Assembly (NCBI GenBank): GCA_003278955.1
Contig: QCCB01000007.1
Location: forward strand, 911 to 64,910
DNA length: 64,000 bases
Direction of reading: 5' to 3'
From: Prochlorococcus sp. AG-347-K10
Lineage (GTDB): Bacteria > Cyanobacteriota > Cyanobacteriia > PCC-6307 > Cyanobiaceae
Shown piece after piece: positions 21,339-32,897 of the stretch (the first letter of the stretch is position 1; the number at the start of each line of letters is the position of its first letter). The position numbers and the translations under genes were made by a program. Under the pieces are notes generated by a model. The model was not told the origin of the DNA. It saw nothing but the letters and a program-made list of their open reading frames with translations, and did not search any database.

Positions 21339-22181
21339 ATGGATAATAAAGATACTGAATTAAACTCAGGATTTAGTGGTGTAAAAGTGCACCCTAATGC
21401 TTTTGTTGATCCAAGTGCCGAATTACATGATGGGGTTATCGTCTCTCAAGGAGCTATTGTCGGTCCTGATGTGACTATCGGGAAAGGAACCGAAATAGGA
21501 CCGAATGCAGTTATTTCAGGAAGAACTCAAATTGGTATTAACAATAAAGTTTTCCCAAGTGTTTTTATAGGTCTTGATCCCCAGGACCTTAAATATAAAG
21601 GGGCCCCAACTGAAGTAATTATTGGAGATAATAATACTTTCCGAGAATGTGTAACTATTAATAAAGCAACAGATGAAGGAGAAAAAACTATTATTGGTAA
21701 TAATAATTTGTTGATGGCTTATACTCACATCGGCCATAATTGTGAACTTGGTAATGGGATAGTTTTATCAAATAGTGTTCAAGTTGCAGGCCATGTAAAA
21801 ATTGAAGATAAAGCTATTATTGGTGGTTGTTTAGGTATTCATCAATTTGTCCATATTGGATATTTAGCAATGATTGGAGGCATGACAAGAGTAGATAGAG
21901 ATGTACCACCTTTTTGTTTAGCCGAAGGGCATCCAGGAAGATTGAGAGGTTTGAATAGGATTGGAATTAAAAGGAGTGGTTTGATGGAAAATAAAAATTT
22001 TGACTTAAAATTACTTCAAAGCAATTGGAATCTACTTTTTAAATCTAATGATGCCATTTCAAATTCGTTAGAAAAAGTAATGACAGGAGATTTAGATCTT
22101 TCATCTTCAAAATTATGTAGTTTTTTAAAAGAGTCAATATCTAAAGAAAGACGAGGACCAATGCCTACAGTAAATTTATGA
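21339..22181 (+). CDS. lpxA: UDP-N-acetylglucosamine acyltransferase
   Basis: Hexapeptide repeats, PQDLKY, HIGHNC, HQFVHIG; ATG at 21339 preferred over the TTG at 21327. Confidence 0.96.
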   Translation: MDNKDTELNSGFSGVKVHPNAFVDPSAELHDGVIVSQGAIVGPDVTIGKGTEIGPNAVISGRTQIGINNKVFPSVFIGLDPQDLKYKGAPTEVIIGDNNTFRECVTINKATDEGEKTIIGNNNLLMAYTHIGHNCELGNGIVLSNSVQVAGHVKIEDKAIIGGCLGIHQFVHIGYLAMIGGMTRVDRDVPPFCLAEGHPGRLRGLNRIGIKRSGLMENKNFDLKLLQSNWNLLFKSNDAISNSLEKVMTGDLDLSSSKLCSFLKESISKERRGPMPTVNL

Positions 22182-23356
22182 ATAAAAAGATATTTATAAG
22201 TACTGGAGAAGTTTCTGGGGATTTACATGGAAGTTTGTTATCAAAAGCATTATTAGATGAAGCTAAAAAAAAATCTATACATTTAGAAATATGTGGATTG
22301 GGTGGGGAAAGGATGAAAAAAGAAGGCGTAAAAATTCTTAAAGACACTACATCAATTAGTGCAATAGGAATTTGGGAGGCTTTACCCCTTATTCTCCCAA
22401 CAATAAGAATTCAAAAAAGATTTTATAAATTACTAAAAAAATATCCTCCAGATTGCTTAATTCTTATTGACTATATGGGCCCCAATATAAAAATTGGAAC
22501 AAAATTAAAAAGATCGAAAACTAAAATTCCAATTTTTTACTATATTGCTCCTCAAGAGTGGGCTTGGAGGGTTGGCAATAACACTACAACAAATCTAATA
22601 AAATTTTCTGATAAAATTTTCGCGATTTTCAAGAAAGAAGCAGCATTTTATAAAAAGAGGGGCGGAAATGTTTTGTGGGTGGGACATCCAATGATTGATT
22701 TGACAAAAAAACTTCCTTTAAAGAAGGATGCCAGAACTATTCTTAACCTTCGCCCTAATCAAAATATCCTGCTCTTGATGCCAGCATCAAGACCTCAAGA
22801 ATTACGATATGTATTACCTACTTTTATGAAAGCGGCTAAAAAATTACAACAAAAATATCCAAGTTTAGTTGTCTATATTCCCTCCTGTCGGATTGCTTTT
22901 GATGAAATATTCAAAAAAGCCTTAAGAAAATATCAAGTTGAAGGATTTGTGATTTCTCAAAAAGATTGTGCAAAATTAAAGCCTTATATTTATTCGCTTA
23001 CTAAAATTTCTTTTTGTAAATCTGGGACAGTCAATATGGAATTAGCTTTATATGGAATCCCACAGATTGTTGGTTATAGAGTAAGTAGGGTAACTGCTTT
23101 TATTGCTAAAAAAATTCTTAATTTCAAAGTAAAATATATTTCTCCTGTAAATTTGTTAGTTAATAAATTAATAATCCCTGAGTTTGTGCAAAGAGAGTTT
23201 GACGAAAAGAAAATTTTTTACAAATCTTGTAGGATTCTTGAGGGAAAGTCAGAAAAAATAAAAATTAAAAAAGGTTATGCTTTTTTAAAAAAAGAATTAG
23301 GAGAAGAGGGCGTAGTCCAAAGAGCTGCTAAAGAGATTATTAATTCTATTATTTGA
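22178..23356 (+). CDS. lpxB: Lipid-A-disaccharide synthase
   Basis: GEVSGDLHG, PQEWAWR, VGHP, PASR, SGTVNME motifs. Confidence 0.96.
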   Translation: MNKKIFISTGEVSGDLHGSLLSKALLDEAKKKSIHLEICGLGGERMKKEGVKILKDTTSISAIGIWEALPLILPTIRIQKRFYKLLKKYPPDCLILIDYMGPNIKIGTKLKRSKTKIPIFYYIAPQEWAWRVGNNTTTNLIKFSDKIFAIFKKEAAFYKKRGGNVLWVGHPMIDLTKKLPLKKDARTILNLRPNQNILLLMPASRPQELRYVLPTFMKAAKKLQQKYPSLVVYIPSCRIAFDEIFKKALRKYQVEGFVISQKDCAKLKPYIYSLTKISFCKSGTVNMELALYGIPQIVGYRVSRVTAFIAKKILNFKVKYISPVNLLVNKLIIPEFVQREFDEKKIFYKSCRILEGKSEKIKIKKGYAFLKKELGEEGVVQRAAKEIINSII

Positions 23357-23372
23357 ACTTTATAATAAAAAA

Positions 23373-23975
23373 ATGAAACATATCTTATCTCTAATAGTAG
23401 CTCTTTCAATATTTGTTAACCCTGTAAAGGCTTTTGCAGAGGAATTGATTCTTGCAGGAGGTTGTTTTTGGTGTTTAGAACATGATTTAGAGTCATTAAA
23501 GGGGATAAATTTTGTAGAAAGTGGCTATTCAGGTGGAGATTTGCAAAATCCTACTTACGAAAAACATGAGGGACATCAGGAAGTGGTTTTGGTAAACTAT
23601 GATTCCAAATTGGTAACTTTAAGTGAGATACTTAGGCTTTATTTCAGAAATATTGATCCTCTAGACGGCAAGGGTCAATTTTGTGATCGTGGAGATTCTT
23701 ATAGGCCAGTGATATTTTTCAAAGATGAAATTGAGGAAAGTGAAGCAAAAAATGCAATTCTTTCGGCTTCTAATGAATTGCGAGTGCCATTAGAAAAAAT
23801 ATCTGTAGAACTAAAATCAAAAGGTAAATTTTGGTTGGCTGAAGAATATCATCAAGATTTTGCTGAGAGAAATGAATTAAAATATAAGTTCTATAGATTC
23901 TCATGTGGAAGAGATCAGAAGTTGGATAAATTATGGGGGGATAATGCTAGATCAATAAATCTTTGGACTGAATGA
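23373..23975 (+). CDS. msrA: Peptide-methionine (S)-S-oxide reductase, exported
   Basis: AGGCFWC, GQFCDRG.SY, AEEYHQ motifs; N-terminal signal peptide. Confidence 0.95.
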   Translation: MKHILSLIVALSIFVNPVKAFAEELILAGGCFWCLEHDLESLKGINFVESGYSGGDLQNPTYEKHEGHQEVVLVNYDSKLVTLSEILRLYFRNIDPLDGKGQFCDRGDSYRPVIFFKDEIEESEAKNAILSASNELRVPLEKISVELKSKGKFWLAEEYHQDFAERNELKYKFYRFSCGRDQKLDKLWGDNARSINLWTE

Positions 23976-23987
23976 TTTTAAATATAA

Positions 23988-25460
23988 TTATTTATTTTTA
24001 ATCCATTGCACGAGAGTTTTAACTCCAAAACCGGTTGCACCTGATGGGTTTATTCCCTTATTCTTATCAGTCCAACAAGTCCCAGCAATATCAATATGAG
24101 CCCATTTAATCTCTTTATCAAAGAATTCCTCTAAAAATAAAGCAGCAGTTATTGACCCACCTGCTCTAGGACCTGTATTTTTCATATCAGCTATATGAGA
24201 CTTTAAACCTTCTTTATAAGATTTTTGTAAAGGCATTTGCCATAATTCTTCTCCAGACTGAGCTGATGCAACTTTTAGGTCATTTGCTAGATCATCATTA
24301 TTGCTCCAGAATCCAGCTACATCATTCCCTAATGCAATAACAATAGCTCCTGTTAAAGTGGCGAGATCTATTATTGAATCGGGTTTTAAATTTGATGCGT
24401 AAGTTAAAGCATCCGCTAATGTGAGTCTACCCTCTGCATCAGTGTTATTTATTTCAATTGTCTTACCATTAGAAGCTTTAACTACATCCCCAGGATGTAC
24501 TGCAGATCCATTTATCATGTTTTCGCAAGACGCCACAATAAAATGAATTTCTAATCCCTTTGGTTTTATTGCCCCAAGTGCTTTTGCTGCTCCTAAAACT
24601 GCAGCGCTTCCGCCCATATCATATTTCATCATTTCAATTTGAGAGGCTCCCACTTTTAGATTGTATCCTCCAGAATCAAAGGTTAAACCCTTCCCAACAA
24701 GCGCAATCTTTTCTTTTATAGGCCCCTCTGACTTTAAAGTAAGATGTATAAATTTAGGATCTAGATCAGACCCTTTTGCTACAGCTAAATATGCACCCAT
24801 CCCTAAATCTTGACAATCTTTTGCCTCTAAAATTTTTACTCCCAAACCATGATCCTTAGCTATTTGAGAAGCTTGCATAGACATTTTCTGAGGAGTAAGG
24901 CTATTTGGAGGGGCGGCTACAAGTCTTCTTGCTAGTTCTACACCTTCACATATTTGTGCTGTCTCTTCAAAGCTAATATTCTCAAATTTTTTTAGATTCA
25001 AAAACTCTATTTCTTTAAGAACTGTCTTTTCATCTTTTTTCTTATTGAATCTATTGTCCTTATAGGCAGATAATCTGACTGACTCTGCTAGTTGATTTAT
25101 TTGTAATTGTGAATTTATAAGTTCCCAAGGTAGTAGGATGCTCATTTTTTCATTTTTATCAACAGTTTTCCTAACTAGATTTCCTATGGAGTTTTCTATA
25201 TCACTTTTATTTAGGTCTTTTGATTTGCCAAGACCAACTATGAATAAAGTTTCTAATTTTTGATCTAAAAATTCAAAGCTTAAAGTTTTTCCTTTTTCTC
25301 CTTTAAATTTTTTTTGAGTAACTTTTTTTAGTAATAATTTTGGGTCAATAACAAATTTTATGTTTTCAAGTTGGCCTGCAATATCTTCCTCTAAAACTCC
25401 AAAAATTAATGAAGCACCTTGCCAGTTATCTAGATTTTTTTGGAATGAGGAAAATTGCAT
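23988..25460 (-). CDS. pepA: Leucyl aminopeptidase (M17)
   Basis: [33 protein letters not shown] motifs. Confidence 0.97.
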   Translation of the reverse strand: MQFSSFQKNLDNWQGASLIFGVLEEDIAGQLENIKFVIDPKLLLKKVTQKKFKGEKGKTLSFEFLDQKLETLFIVGLGKSKDLNKSDIENSIGNLVRKTVDKNEKMSILLPWELINSQLQINQLAESVRLSAYKDNRFNKKKDEKTVLKEIEFLNLKKFENISFEETAQICEGVELARRLVAAPPNSLTPQKMSMQASQIAKDHGLGVKILEAKDCQDLGMGAYLAVAKGSDLDPKFIHLTLKSEGPIKEKIALVGKGLTFDSGGYNLKVGASQIEMMKYDMGGSAAVLGAAKALGAIKPKGLEIHFIVASCENMINGSAVHPGDVVKASNGKTIEINNTDAEGRLTLADALTYASNLKPDSIIDLATLTGAIVIALGNDVAGFWSNNDDLANDLKVASAQSGEELWQMPLQKSYKEGLKSHIADMKNTGPRAGGSITAALFLEEFFDKEIKWAHIDIAGTCWTDKNKGINPSGATGFGVKTLVQWIKNK

Positions 25461-25484
25461 TTGTAAAATGGATTTAATTAACTT

Positions 25485-26096
25485 TTAATTGTTTGTGAAA
25501 GTAGTTGCCCACCTATCTCGAGTTTCTTTATTAAAAGGTGGTAACCATAAATATATCAGTTGCTGTTCTAATTTACGTCTTAATTTTACTTCTTTAGGTA
25601 CATCTAAGAAGAAACGAATATCTTGGTGACTTGAGAGTTTGTTATGAGCTAGGGCTTCTTTATAGTTCATGAGGTAATTTTTACAGTCATGTTCTCCCTT
25701 CCATCTTTTATTTGCTGAATTTGTTTCTCCTATATAAAGGATTATTTTAGAACTCTCCATCGAGTCAATTACAAAATACATTGCTGGCCCATTGTGTATA
25801 TATTGATTGGTTCTCCAAAAGTTCAATGATAATGGCTGCAAGGAAAACGGATCAATTTTTCTTTCATCGGAAATTTTATTTATAGGAAGACTTGTTTGGT
25901 GCAAAGTTTTATTTTGAGTATCTTTTGAAATTTTGAATTGGTGATTATATATTCTTTCCCTCCATTCAGTTAGGATTTCGCCTTTGATTTTAAGATTATT
26001 TGAGTGTTGAAAATTAATTGATGTATTTACATTTGAACCAAATAATTCAAATTGTCTATTTTGGTTTGAAATATTATTTACGTTAAATTTTTCCAA
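25485..26096 (-). CDS. GIY-YIG nuclease family protein
   Basis: AMYFV...ILYIGET...RW...H, LE and PPFN motif order. Confidence 0.8.
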   Translation of the reverse strand: MEKFNVNNISNQNRQFELFGSNVNTSINFQHSNNLKIKGEILTEWRERIYNHQFKISKDTQNKTLHQTSLPINKISDERKIDPFSLQPLSLNFWRTNQYIHNGPAMYFVIDSMESSKIILYIGETNSANKRWKGEHDCKNYLMNYKEALAHNKLSSHQDIRFFLDVPKEVKLRRKLEQQLIYLWLPPFNKETRDRWATTFTNN

Positions 26097-26247
26097 TATT
26101 TATGAAACATGTCTACTAAATTTAATTCTGAAAAAATATAAATCAAAGAATTATTTATAAACTAAAATTTATTAATCTTCTAATCAATTTAAAAGATTCT
26201 TGTTATCTTGTAATTGAGCCTTAATCTTGCGAAGTAAAAAAATAGAA

Positions 26248-26571
26248 ATGGGATTTTTTGAATCAGACATCGTTCAAGAAGAAGCTAAAAAGCTTTTTAC
26301 AGATTACCAAGAACTTATGAAACTTGGTTCTGATTATGGAAAATTTGACAGAGAAGGGAAAAAAATGTTTATAAAAAAAATGGAATCTCTTATGGATCGT
26401 TATAAGGTTTTTATGAAGAGATTTGAATTGTCTGAAGATTTTCAAGCAAAAATGACAGTAGAACAATTAAGGACACAGTTAAGTCAATTTGGGATTACTC
26501 CTGATCAAATGTTTGATCAAATGAATAAAACCTTAATAAGAATGAAGGATGAACTTGATAAAACTTCCTAA
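26248..26571 (+). CDS. DUF1825-family cyanobacterial protein
   Basis: MGFFESDIVQEEAK...YGKFDREGKK...KRFELSEDF; ATG at 26248. Confidence 0.8.
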   Translation: MGFFESDIVQEEAKKLFTDYQELMKLGSDYGKFDREGKKMFIKKMESLMDRYKVFMKRFELSEDFQAKMTVEQLRTQLSQFGITPDQMFDQMNKTLIRMKDELDKTS

Positions 26572-26590
26572 ATTTAACGTTTAAAGCTTC

Positions 26591-27829
26591 ATGACAGATA
26601 ACTTAATATTGCCATCATGGCTGTCAAGAGGAATAGAAGAATATTTTCCAATTAAGGGAGCAGATCAAACCTTTTCGGAGATAATTGATCATGCGAAAAA
26701 AAATAATAAAAAATTAAGGGTTAAACTTGGGATCGATCCAACTGGAACAGATATTCATCTTGGGCATAGCATATTGTTCAAAAAACTTAGGGCATTCCAA
26801 GATAATGGACATATTGCAGTTTTAATAATTGGGGATTTTACTGCTCAAATTGGAGACCCAACTGGAAAAAACAAAACAAGAGTTCAGTTATCGGAAATAC
26901 AAGTTAAGGATAATGCAAAAACATACTTAACCCAACTAGGGATGGGAAGGCCAGCCAATGAATCTATTTTAGATTTTGATTCAAAAGATAGAATAGAAAT
27001 TAGATATAATAGTGAATGGTTAAAAGGATTAAATCTTAATTCAATAATTGAATTAATGGGGAGTGCAACAGTTAGTCAAATGCTTGCAAAGGAGGAATTT
27101 AATAAAAGGTACACTTCGCAAGTCCCAATTGCTTTGCATGAATTCTTATATCCTCTATTACAAGGTTACGATTCGGTAGTTGTTCAATCAGATATTGAAC
27201 TTGGAGGTACAGATCAGAAATTTAATATTGCAATAGGAAGGGATCTTCAAAGGCATTTTAAACAAAACCCTCAATTTGGTGTTCTGCTGCCAATTTTGAC
27301 AGGTTTAGATGGAATTAAGAAGATGAGTAAATCTGAATCGAACACCGTTGGTTTGACTGAAGATCCTCTTTCAATGTATTCAAAATTAGAAAAAGTACCC
27401 GATAATATAGTCCCTACTTATTTTGAATTACTTACTAAATTAGATTTAAGTTTTCGTGAAAACACAACCCCTCGTGAATTACAGAGAAGAATGGCTTTAG
27501 AAGTTACTACTTTATTCCATGGGGCTGAAGAAGCATTAAAGGCGCAGTCAAACTGCGAAAAATTATACCTTGGACATAAAGAAAAAGTTGGAGAAATTCC
27601 AGAGATTTCTTTAAAAGAAGTAGTTTTCCCAGTAAAGTTTTTTTACTTGTTAAGTGCTCTAAAACTTTTCAAATCTAGCAGCGAATCCAAAAGATCTATT
27701 AAAGGTGGGGGTGTAAAAATTGATAGTCAGAAAGTAATTAATCCTGATTTAGTTTTTAATTCAAAAAATGATTTGAAAGGGAAAATTTTGCAAATTGGAA
27801 AAAAAATAATAAAGAGGTTTGAAATCTGA
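26591..27829 (+). CDS. tyrS: Tyrosyl-tRNA synthetase
   Basis: [28 protein letters not shown]; C-terminal S4 domain. Confidence 0.98.
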   Translation: MTDNLILPSWLSRGIEEYFPIKGADQTFSEIIDHAKKNNKKLRVKLGIDPTGTDIHLGHSILFKKLRAFQDNGHIAVLIIGDFTAQIGDPTGKNKTRVQLSEIQVKDNAKTYLTQLGMGRPANESILDFDSKDRIEIRYNSEWLKGLNLNSIIELMGSATVSQMLAKEEFNKRYTSQVPIALHEFLYPLLQGYDSVVVQSDIELGGTDQKFNIAIGRDLQRHFKQNPQFGVLLPILTGLDGIKKMSKSESNTVGLTEDPLSMYSKLEKVPDNIVPTYFELLTKLDLSFRENTTPRELQRRMALEVTTLFHGAEEALKAQSNCEKLYLGHKEKVGEIPEISLKEVVFPVKFFYLLSALKLFKSSSESKRSIKGGGVKIDSQKVINPDLVFNSKNDLKGKILQIGKKIIKRFEI

Positions 27830-27835
27830 AAATTG

Positions 27836-28564
27836 ATGAATAAAATTTTTAATTCAGAAGATAAAATAATATTGGCAATTGATGGATTAGATTTAAGTCA
27901 AGCAAAATTACTTCTAGAAAAATGTCCTAATATTAAGTGGGTGAAGGTTGGTTTAGAGCTTTTTGTTAGGGAAGGTCCAAGAGTTATTGAAATATTAAAA
28001 GGTTTAAATAAAAAAATTTTTTTAGACTTAAAATTTCATGATATTCCAAATACCATGCGTGCAGCATGTTTCCAAGTTTCAAAATTAGGGGTTGATATAA
28101 TTTCTATTCATGCTTCAGCAGGTTTAAAAGCTCTTACGGATTCGAAGAAAGCATCTTTAGAAGGAGCCACCTCAGTCAGTGTTAAACCTCCATATGTTGT
28201 AGGAATAACTGTTTTAACAAGCTTTTCTCTTAAAGATTTTCAAACTGATCTTGATAGAAATAATTCAATTGAAGAAAATGTATTGAGACTTGCAAAATTG
28301 TCTTTTGATGCTGGATTAGATGGATGTGTTTGTTCCCCTTGGGAAGTAAAAATGTTGAGATCTATTTATAAGAATAATTTTGAACTTATTACACCAGGCA
28401 TCAGATTAAATATTGACAATAAAAATGATCAAAATAGAATTATGACTCCCCATGAAGCTATAGATAATGGCGCTTCTAAGTTAGTCATTGGTAGATCAAT
28501 ATCAAAAGCTATAAATCCTAATAAAGCTCTAATAGAAATATTTAAATCTATTGATTCTAATTAA
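27836..28564 (+). CDS. pyrF: Orotidine 5'-phosphate decarboxylase
   Basis: [26 protein letters not shown] motifs. Confidence 0.97.
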   Translation: MNKIFNSEDKIILAIDGLDLSQAKLLLEKCPNIKWVKVGLELFVREGPRVIEILKGLNKKIFLDLKFHDIPNTMRAACFQVSKLGVDIISIHASAGLKALTDSKKASLEGATSVSVKPPYVVGITVLTSFSLKDFQTDLDRNNSIEENVLRLAKLSFDAGLDGCVCSPWEVKMLRSIYKNNFELITPGIRLNIDNKNDQNRIMTPHEAIDNGASKLVIGRSISKAINPNKALIEIFKSIDSN

Positions 28565-29141
28565 TTTTGGATTCTTCTCCCTTAATCAATCTCGTTATAT
28601 TTGTTCTATGTTTCCAGATTACTAATAATCCCACAATTAAACTTATAAAAAAATATGAGTGCATAAATTTACCTAGGTAAAAAAACATAAAAATAGGAAG
28701 TAAGATTGCAGCTGAAATACTGGATAAAGAAACAAATTTTGTTTTTGCAAGAACTATTAAAAAAATACAAAGAGATGCGAGTCCAACTTTCCAAGAAAGA
28801 GCTAAAAACATACCTAATCCAGTTGCAACAGCTTTCCCTCCTTTACCTCTAAGCCATATTGGCCAAATATGTCCTGAGATAGCAGATATCCCTGCTAAAA
28901 CTTCTATTAATCCTTGATCTGTGAAATATTGAGCAATTTTTACTGAAATAAGGCCTTTCCCAACGTCAATGATAAATACAAAAAGCGCTGGCCATTTCCC
29001 AACATTTCTTAAGACATTTGTGGCACCTGTAGATCCAGAACCTATAGTTCTTAGATCTATATTTTTGAGATATTTTCCAATTAAAAAACCTGTTGGAAGA
29101 GATCCCAAAAGATAACTTGTAAAAATTATTAAGAGATTCAT
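28557..29141 (-). CDS. plsY: Glycerol-3-phosphate acyltransferase
   Basis: [24 protein letters not shown]...GGKAVAT, HRTNI motifs. Confidence 0.96.
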   Translation of the reverse strand: MNLLIIFTSYLLGSLPTGFLIGKYLKNIDLRTIGSGSTGATNVLRNVGKWPALFVFIIDVGKGLISVKIAQYFTDQGLIEVLAGISAISGHIWPIWLRGKGGKAVATGLGMFLALSWKVGLASLCIFLIVLAKTKFVSLSSISAAILLPIFMFFYLGKFMHSYFFISLIVGLLVIWKHRTNITRLIKGEESKIN

Positions 29142-29146
29142 AAAGC

Positions 29147-30157
29147 TTAGTTTAGTTCAAGATCATCGTAAATTTCATTATCTGAACCAGCAAATGCAAC
29201 CCATAATGGGAATTGAAGTATTGGAATTTCAACAGAGGTTTCTGCTGCATCAATGATAATAAATGGCAATTCTTCATTCGCCTCTAATCTATCAGCTCTT
29301 TCGATGACACCTTCAGGCCTTTCAAAAAGAACAATCCCACTATTAGGTCCAAAGTCGTCCCTCGTGAGACCAAGTGAATCTTGAAGAATTCTTCTCCATT
29401 CACCTAATCGTTCAGGCTGCGAAGCTAAAATAAGAGTCTGAAACTGATCTCCATATAATTCGCCAAGAATAGATATTAAACCCGCTGATAACAAGGCATT
29501 TTTTGGTCGAGATCCTCTACTCTCAAGAGAACCTCTTCCGCCCATGTTAAAGAACCAATCATCCATAATTTCTATATCTGATGAATCAAGACTCCGTCTT
29601 AATTTCCAAGGTTCTGCATAAAAGTCAGGTTGTCCTGTAAAACTTGAAAAGCAACTTTTTATAATCTCTTCATCTGGCTTAAATGTTTCAGAAAGAGCGG
29701 GAACATTTACTACATTATTTGTGATATTGTTTTGCTTTTTTTCATCAAGAGGAGAAGGCTTTACGATTATTGGTTGAGAAACTAATTCAAGTTTCTCAAC
29801 GTTTTGTGAAAGATTCTGCAAAGCACCAGTTAAGTACTCTTGAAAGCCTTTAACTCTTTTAGCAATATTATCTGACTGCCCTTTAAAATTTGACTCAATA
29901 TCTTTTTCTATTTCAATTTTTTTTGTTTCTAACTCTTCTATTTCTTTAACTAAAGAGTCTTTTTTTGAAACGAGATCTCTAAAAATTTCATTAGAAATTT
30001 CATCAAAAGATTTAGTTGATTTGTCGTTTTTTGGTGTAATTTTTTTATTTTGCGTTATATTTTTCTTACTAATTTGTTTGGTTTTATCATCTGAAATTGA
30101 CTTATCTATTATTAATTCCTTTTCAGGATTATTGTCGGAAATTTCTGTATTGGTCAT
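29147..30157 (-). CDS. DUF3086-domain cyanobacterial protein
   Basis: Coiled-coil N-terminus; PWKLRRS and ERLGEWRR; synteny with plsY. Confidence 0.8.
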   Translation of the reverse strand: MTNTEISDNNPEKELIIDKSISDDKTKQISKKNITQNKKITPKNDKSTKSFDEISNEIFRDLVSKKDSLVKEIEELETKKIEIEKDIESNFKGQSDNIAKRVKGFQEYLTGALQNLSQNVEKLELVSQPIIVKPSPLDEKKQNNITNNVVNVPALSETFKPDEEIIKSCFSSFTGQPDFYAEPWKLRRSLDSSDIEIMDDWFFNMGGRGSLESRGSRPKNALLSAGLISILGELYGDQFQTLILASQPERLGEWRRILQDSLGLTRDDFGPNSGIVLFERPEGVIERADRLEANEELPFIIIDAAETSVEIPILQFPLWVAFAGSDNEIYDDLELN

Positions 30158-30192
30158 TTAAATAATTTTGATGAATAAGCAAAGTCTGAATT

Positions 30193-30609
30193 TTAAGAAT
30201 TTTTAATTTCCAGGGAGTCAACTTTTTTTATGAGCTCATCTTTTAATTGCTTTGGATTAAATAAAATTGGTAATAAATGAGGACTGGACTTTTCTCTAAA
30301 ATAAAAAATACCTGGGATTATAGGGAAAAAGAATTTCCATGATATCCAGTTCTTGAAAGGAAAAGTTCTAATCTCTTTCCCTAATTGTAAAACGATAAAA
30401 TCATCATTTGTTATTTTTATTCTTAAGGTGAATGACTGAAGTAATAAAAAAAAGCTAAAAGAAGCAAAAACTATTGTTGGTAAGGAACCAATATTCAAAA
30501 ACAAAAGCATAAAACTTAAAACTATTAGAATAATTGGTAACTGAAATGAAGGAGATATTATTACTGGCTCCTCTTTTTTTGATTTAGTATTAAACATAGG
30601 ATCATCCAA
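30193..30609 (-). CDS. DUF3119-family membrane protein
   Basis: Two TM segments, YFRE..SPHLLPILF motif; position between mlaE and DUF3086. Confidence 0.75.
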   Translation of the reverse strand: MDDPMFNTKSKKEEPVIISPSFQLPIILIVLSFMLLFLNIGSLPTIVFASFSFFLLLQSFTLRIKITNDDFIVLQLGKEIRTFPFKNWISWKFFFPIIPGIFYFREKSSPHLLPILFNPKQLKDELIKKVDSLEIKNS

Positions 30610-31357
30610 ATAAAATTTGCGTTAGTAATACATCCATTAAAGATACAGTAACGAGAGTCATTACAACTGCACCTGTTGTACTTGTTCCAACTTCTTTTGG
30701 ACCTCCTTTGGTTGTAAGTCCATATCCACAAGCAATGATTGAAATAAGTAATCCGAACACTATAGATTTTATTAACATTGCAGTTAAGTCTGCACTGGTT
30801 AAACTTACATTCCCTGATCTTACAGATGTCCAAAAAACTATTGGAGGAACTTTATAAAAAATTGTGCTCCAAATTTGTCCACTCCATAAAGCTACAGATA
30901 AAAACAAAAGACACTGAATTGGAGACATTATTACCATAGATAGTAACCTTGGGACTACCAAATATTGGACTGGTTCGGTCCTTAACATGGTTATTGCCTC
31001 AATTTGTTCTGTGACTTTCATAGTACCCAGTTGAGCAGCATAGGCAGTTGCAACCTTACCAGTCATTAAAGTAGCAGTTAGAAGAGGAGCCATTTCTCTC
31101 GCCATGCCTACTGCTAATAAACCTCCAATTTCACTTGAAACCCCCATACTTGTAAGTTGTGATGCAACTTGAATATTAAAAACTGTACCTGCGGCAATTC
31201 CCGTAATTAATACAATTAACAAACTGCCAGGACCTGACTCCATAAGTTGCTCAAATAGATCATTTTTGGAAATTTTACCCTTAAAGATAAAATTAATTGC
31301 TTGCCCGCCAATGACTAGGCTGCTTAGAAGTCTTTTGAAAAAATCAAGGTAATACAT
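30602..31357 (-). CDS. MlaE-family lipid ABC transporter permease (Ycf63/TGD1-like)
   Basis: REMAPLLTA, LGTMKVTEQIEA, GGPKEVG.STT.AVV motifs. Confidence 0.92.
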   Translation of the reverse strand: MYYLDFFKRLLSSLVIGGQAINFIFKGKISKNDLFEQLMESGPGSLLIVLITGIAAGTVFNIQVASQLTSMGVSSEIGGLLAVGMAREMAPLLTATLMTGKVATAYAAQLGTMKVTEQIEAITMLRTEPVQYLVVPRLLSMVIMSPIQCLLFLSVALWSGQIWSTIFYKVPPIVFWTSVRSGNVSLTSADLTAMLIKSIVFGLLISIIACGYGLTTKGGPKEVGTSTTGAVVMTLVTVSLMDVLLTQILFG

Positions 31358-31366
31358 ATCTTTATA

Positions 31367-32764
31367 TTAGTTTGTAATTAATTTTCGATCCCATTTTCTC
31401 ATGATTAAAAGACCAATGATTACCAATATTGAGGGTATAAAACCAATACATAATCTAATAGTTAATTGTGCTGAGTAGCATTGTTCAATAATATTAAGGC
31501 CATCTTTATCAACAAAGCATGATTGATAACCTGATAAATACAATAAAAATCCTAATAATTGAACACTAAACGCGATACCAATCTTCTGAATAAGTACCAT
31601 CCAAGCAGTATATAATCCTGCTGGTTTCTCCGGGTCTTCGTCTATTGCATCAGGAAGTAGTGACCAAGGGATAAGAAAAGCGGTTGAAGCTCCAATGCCA
31701 ATAAGACAGATTATGAAAATTAAAAGAATGAACAGAAATATGTTGCTGGCATTTAGGAATAAAATATCTCCAGCTCCTGAAATTTTTGATAATGAAGGTA
31801 AAAATAAAGCTGCTGTACATGAAATAATCCACATAATCGCTCCATAGTTTAACGCTGAAATCCTGTTCAATTTATTTGATACTCTAGTCCATATTTGTAA
31901 ACCCACTAAAGCGCTAATTTGGAAAGGTATCGGTATCCACTTCGCAATATAAGTTGGTACGTTCAGTACATCCTCGACATAGATTAACGCTACTGTTTGC
32001 ATTAATTGTAAGGCGCACCAGAGAAGAATATATAGCGTAATAACTTTTAGAAATTTTTTATTTCTGAAGATCCTTTTGAATTGAAGTGTTATAGCTTCAA
32101 CTTTTCCTGAAGGCCTTCTTGCTTTTTTTGCGAATGGAGCTAATCCCCAACAAGAAATTAATGTTGCAGCAACTGCAATACATCCGCTTATTTTACCCAT
32201 TAAAAAATATTCATTATTTGCTGATCCTTCGGAACCTAATACAACTCCAGCAATTATTAAACCAGTTAGTCCTGCGATTATTGAGCCAGTAAATCTAGAT
32301 GCGTTTAGTCTTGTTCTTATTGCTGTTTTTTCAGAAATTTCAGTAGAAAGAGCTGCGAAAGGAAGATTAATACTTGTATAAGCAGTCATTACGATTATAG
32401 AAATTATGGCATAGTAAATAGTCTTGGTTAGCACTGAACCAGTGGGTGTCCACCATATCGCAGCTAACGAGAAACCAAGGGGAGCAGATGCTGCTACCAT
32501 CCAAGGGATTCTAGGCCCCCATCTTGATTTAGTACGATCACTTAACCATCCAATTAACGGATCATTTACTGCATCCCATATCTTTATTAACATTAATAAT
32601 GATCCTGCAATTATTACTGGTAAACCAGCAGAAATAAAGAATTTGAAAAGAAAAAAACCAAATTGTGTCGCGACTAAACCTGTGCCTGCATCTCCTAGCC
32701 CATAAGAGAACATTAATCTTGTTGTTGATCTAGAAATATTTTTTTTCGAGTGTGAATTTTCCAA
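31367..32764 (-). CDS. glcH: GPH/MelB-family MFS sugar transporter, probable GlcH glucose transporter ortholog
   Basis: YGLGD and WDAVNDPLIGWLSDRTKSRWGPRIPW GPH motifs, about 12 TM helices; ortholog call is inferred from family and the Prochlorococcus context. Confidence 0.8.
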   Translation of the reverse strand: MENSHSKKNISRSTTRLMFSYGLGDAGTGLVATQFGFFLFKFFISAGLPVIIAGSLLMLIKIWDAVNDPLIGWLSDRTKSRWGPRIPWMVAASAPLGFSLAAIWWTPTGSVLTKTIYYAIISIIVMTAYTSINLPFAALSTEISEKTAIRTRLNASRFTGSIIAGLTGLIIAGVVLGSEGSANNEYFLMGKISGCIAVAATLISCWGLAPFAKKARRPSGKVEAITLQFKRIFRNKKFLKVITLYILLWCALQLMQTVALIYVEDVLNVPTYIAKWIPIPFQISALVGLQIWTRVSNKLNRISALNYGAIMWIISCTAALFLPSLSKISGAGDILFLNASNIFLFILLIFIICLIGIGASTAFLIPWSLLPDAIDEDPEKPAGLYTAWMVLIQKIGIAFSVQLLGFLLYLSGYQSCFVDKDGLNIIEQCYSAQLTIRLCIGFIPSILVIIGLLIMRKWDRKLITN

Positions 32765-32825
32765 TCTTTTTACTTAGTTTATTGTTTGATAATGTATTAT
32801 TGCAATGGTAATTCTATTACTTAAT

Positions 32826-32896
32826 GCGGGCGTGGTTTAGTGGTAAAACCTCAGCCTTCCAAGCTGAAGATGCGGGTTCGATTCCCGCCGCCCGCT
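32826..32896 (+). tRNA. tRNA-Gly(TCC)
   Basis: GCGGGCGTGGTTTAGTGGTAAAACCTCAGCCT-TCC-AAGCTGA...GGTTCGATTCCCGCCGCCCGCT cloverleaf; CCA not encoded. Confidence 0.97.
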
Positions 32897-32897
32897 T

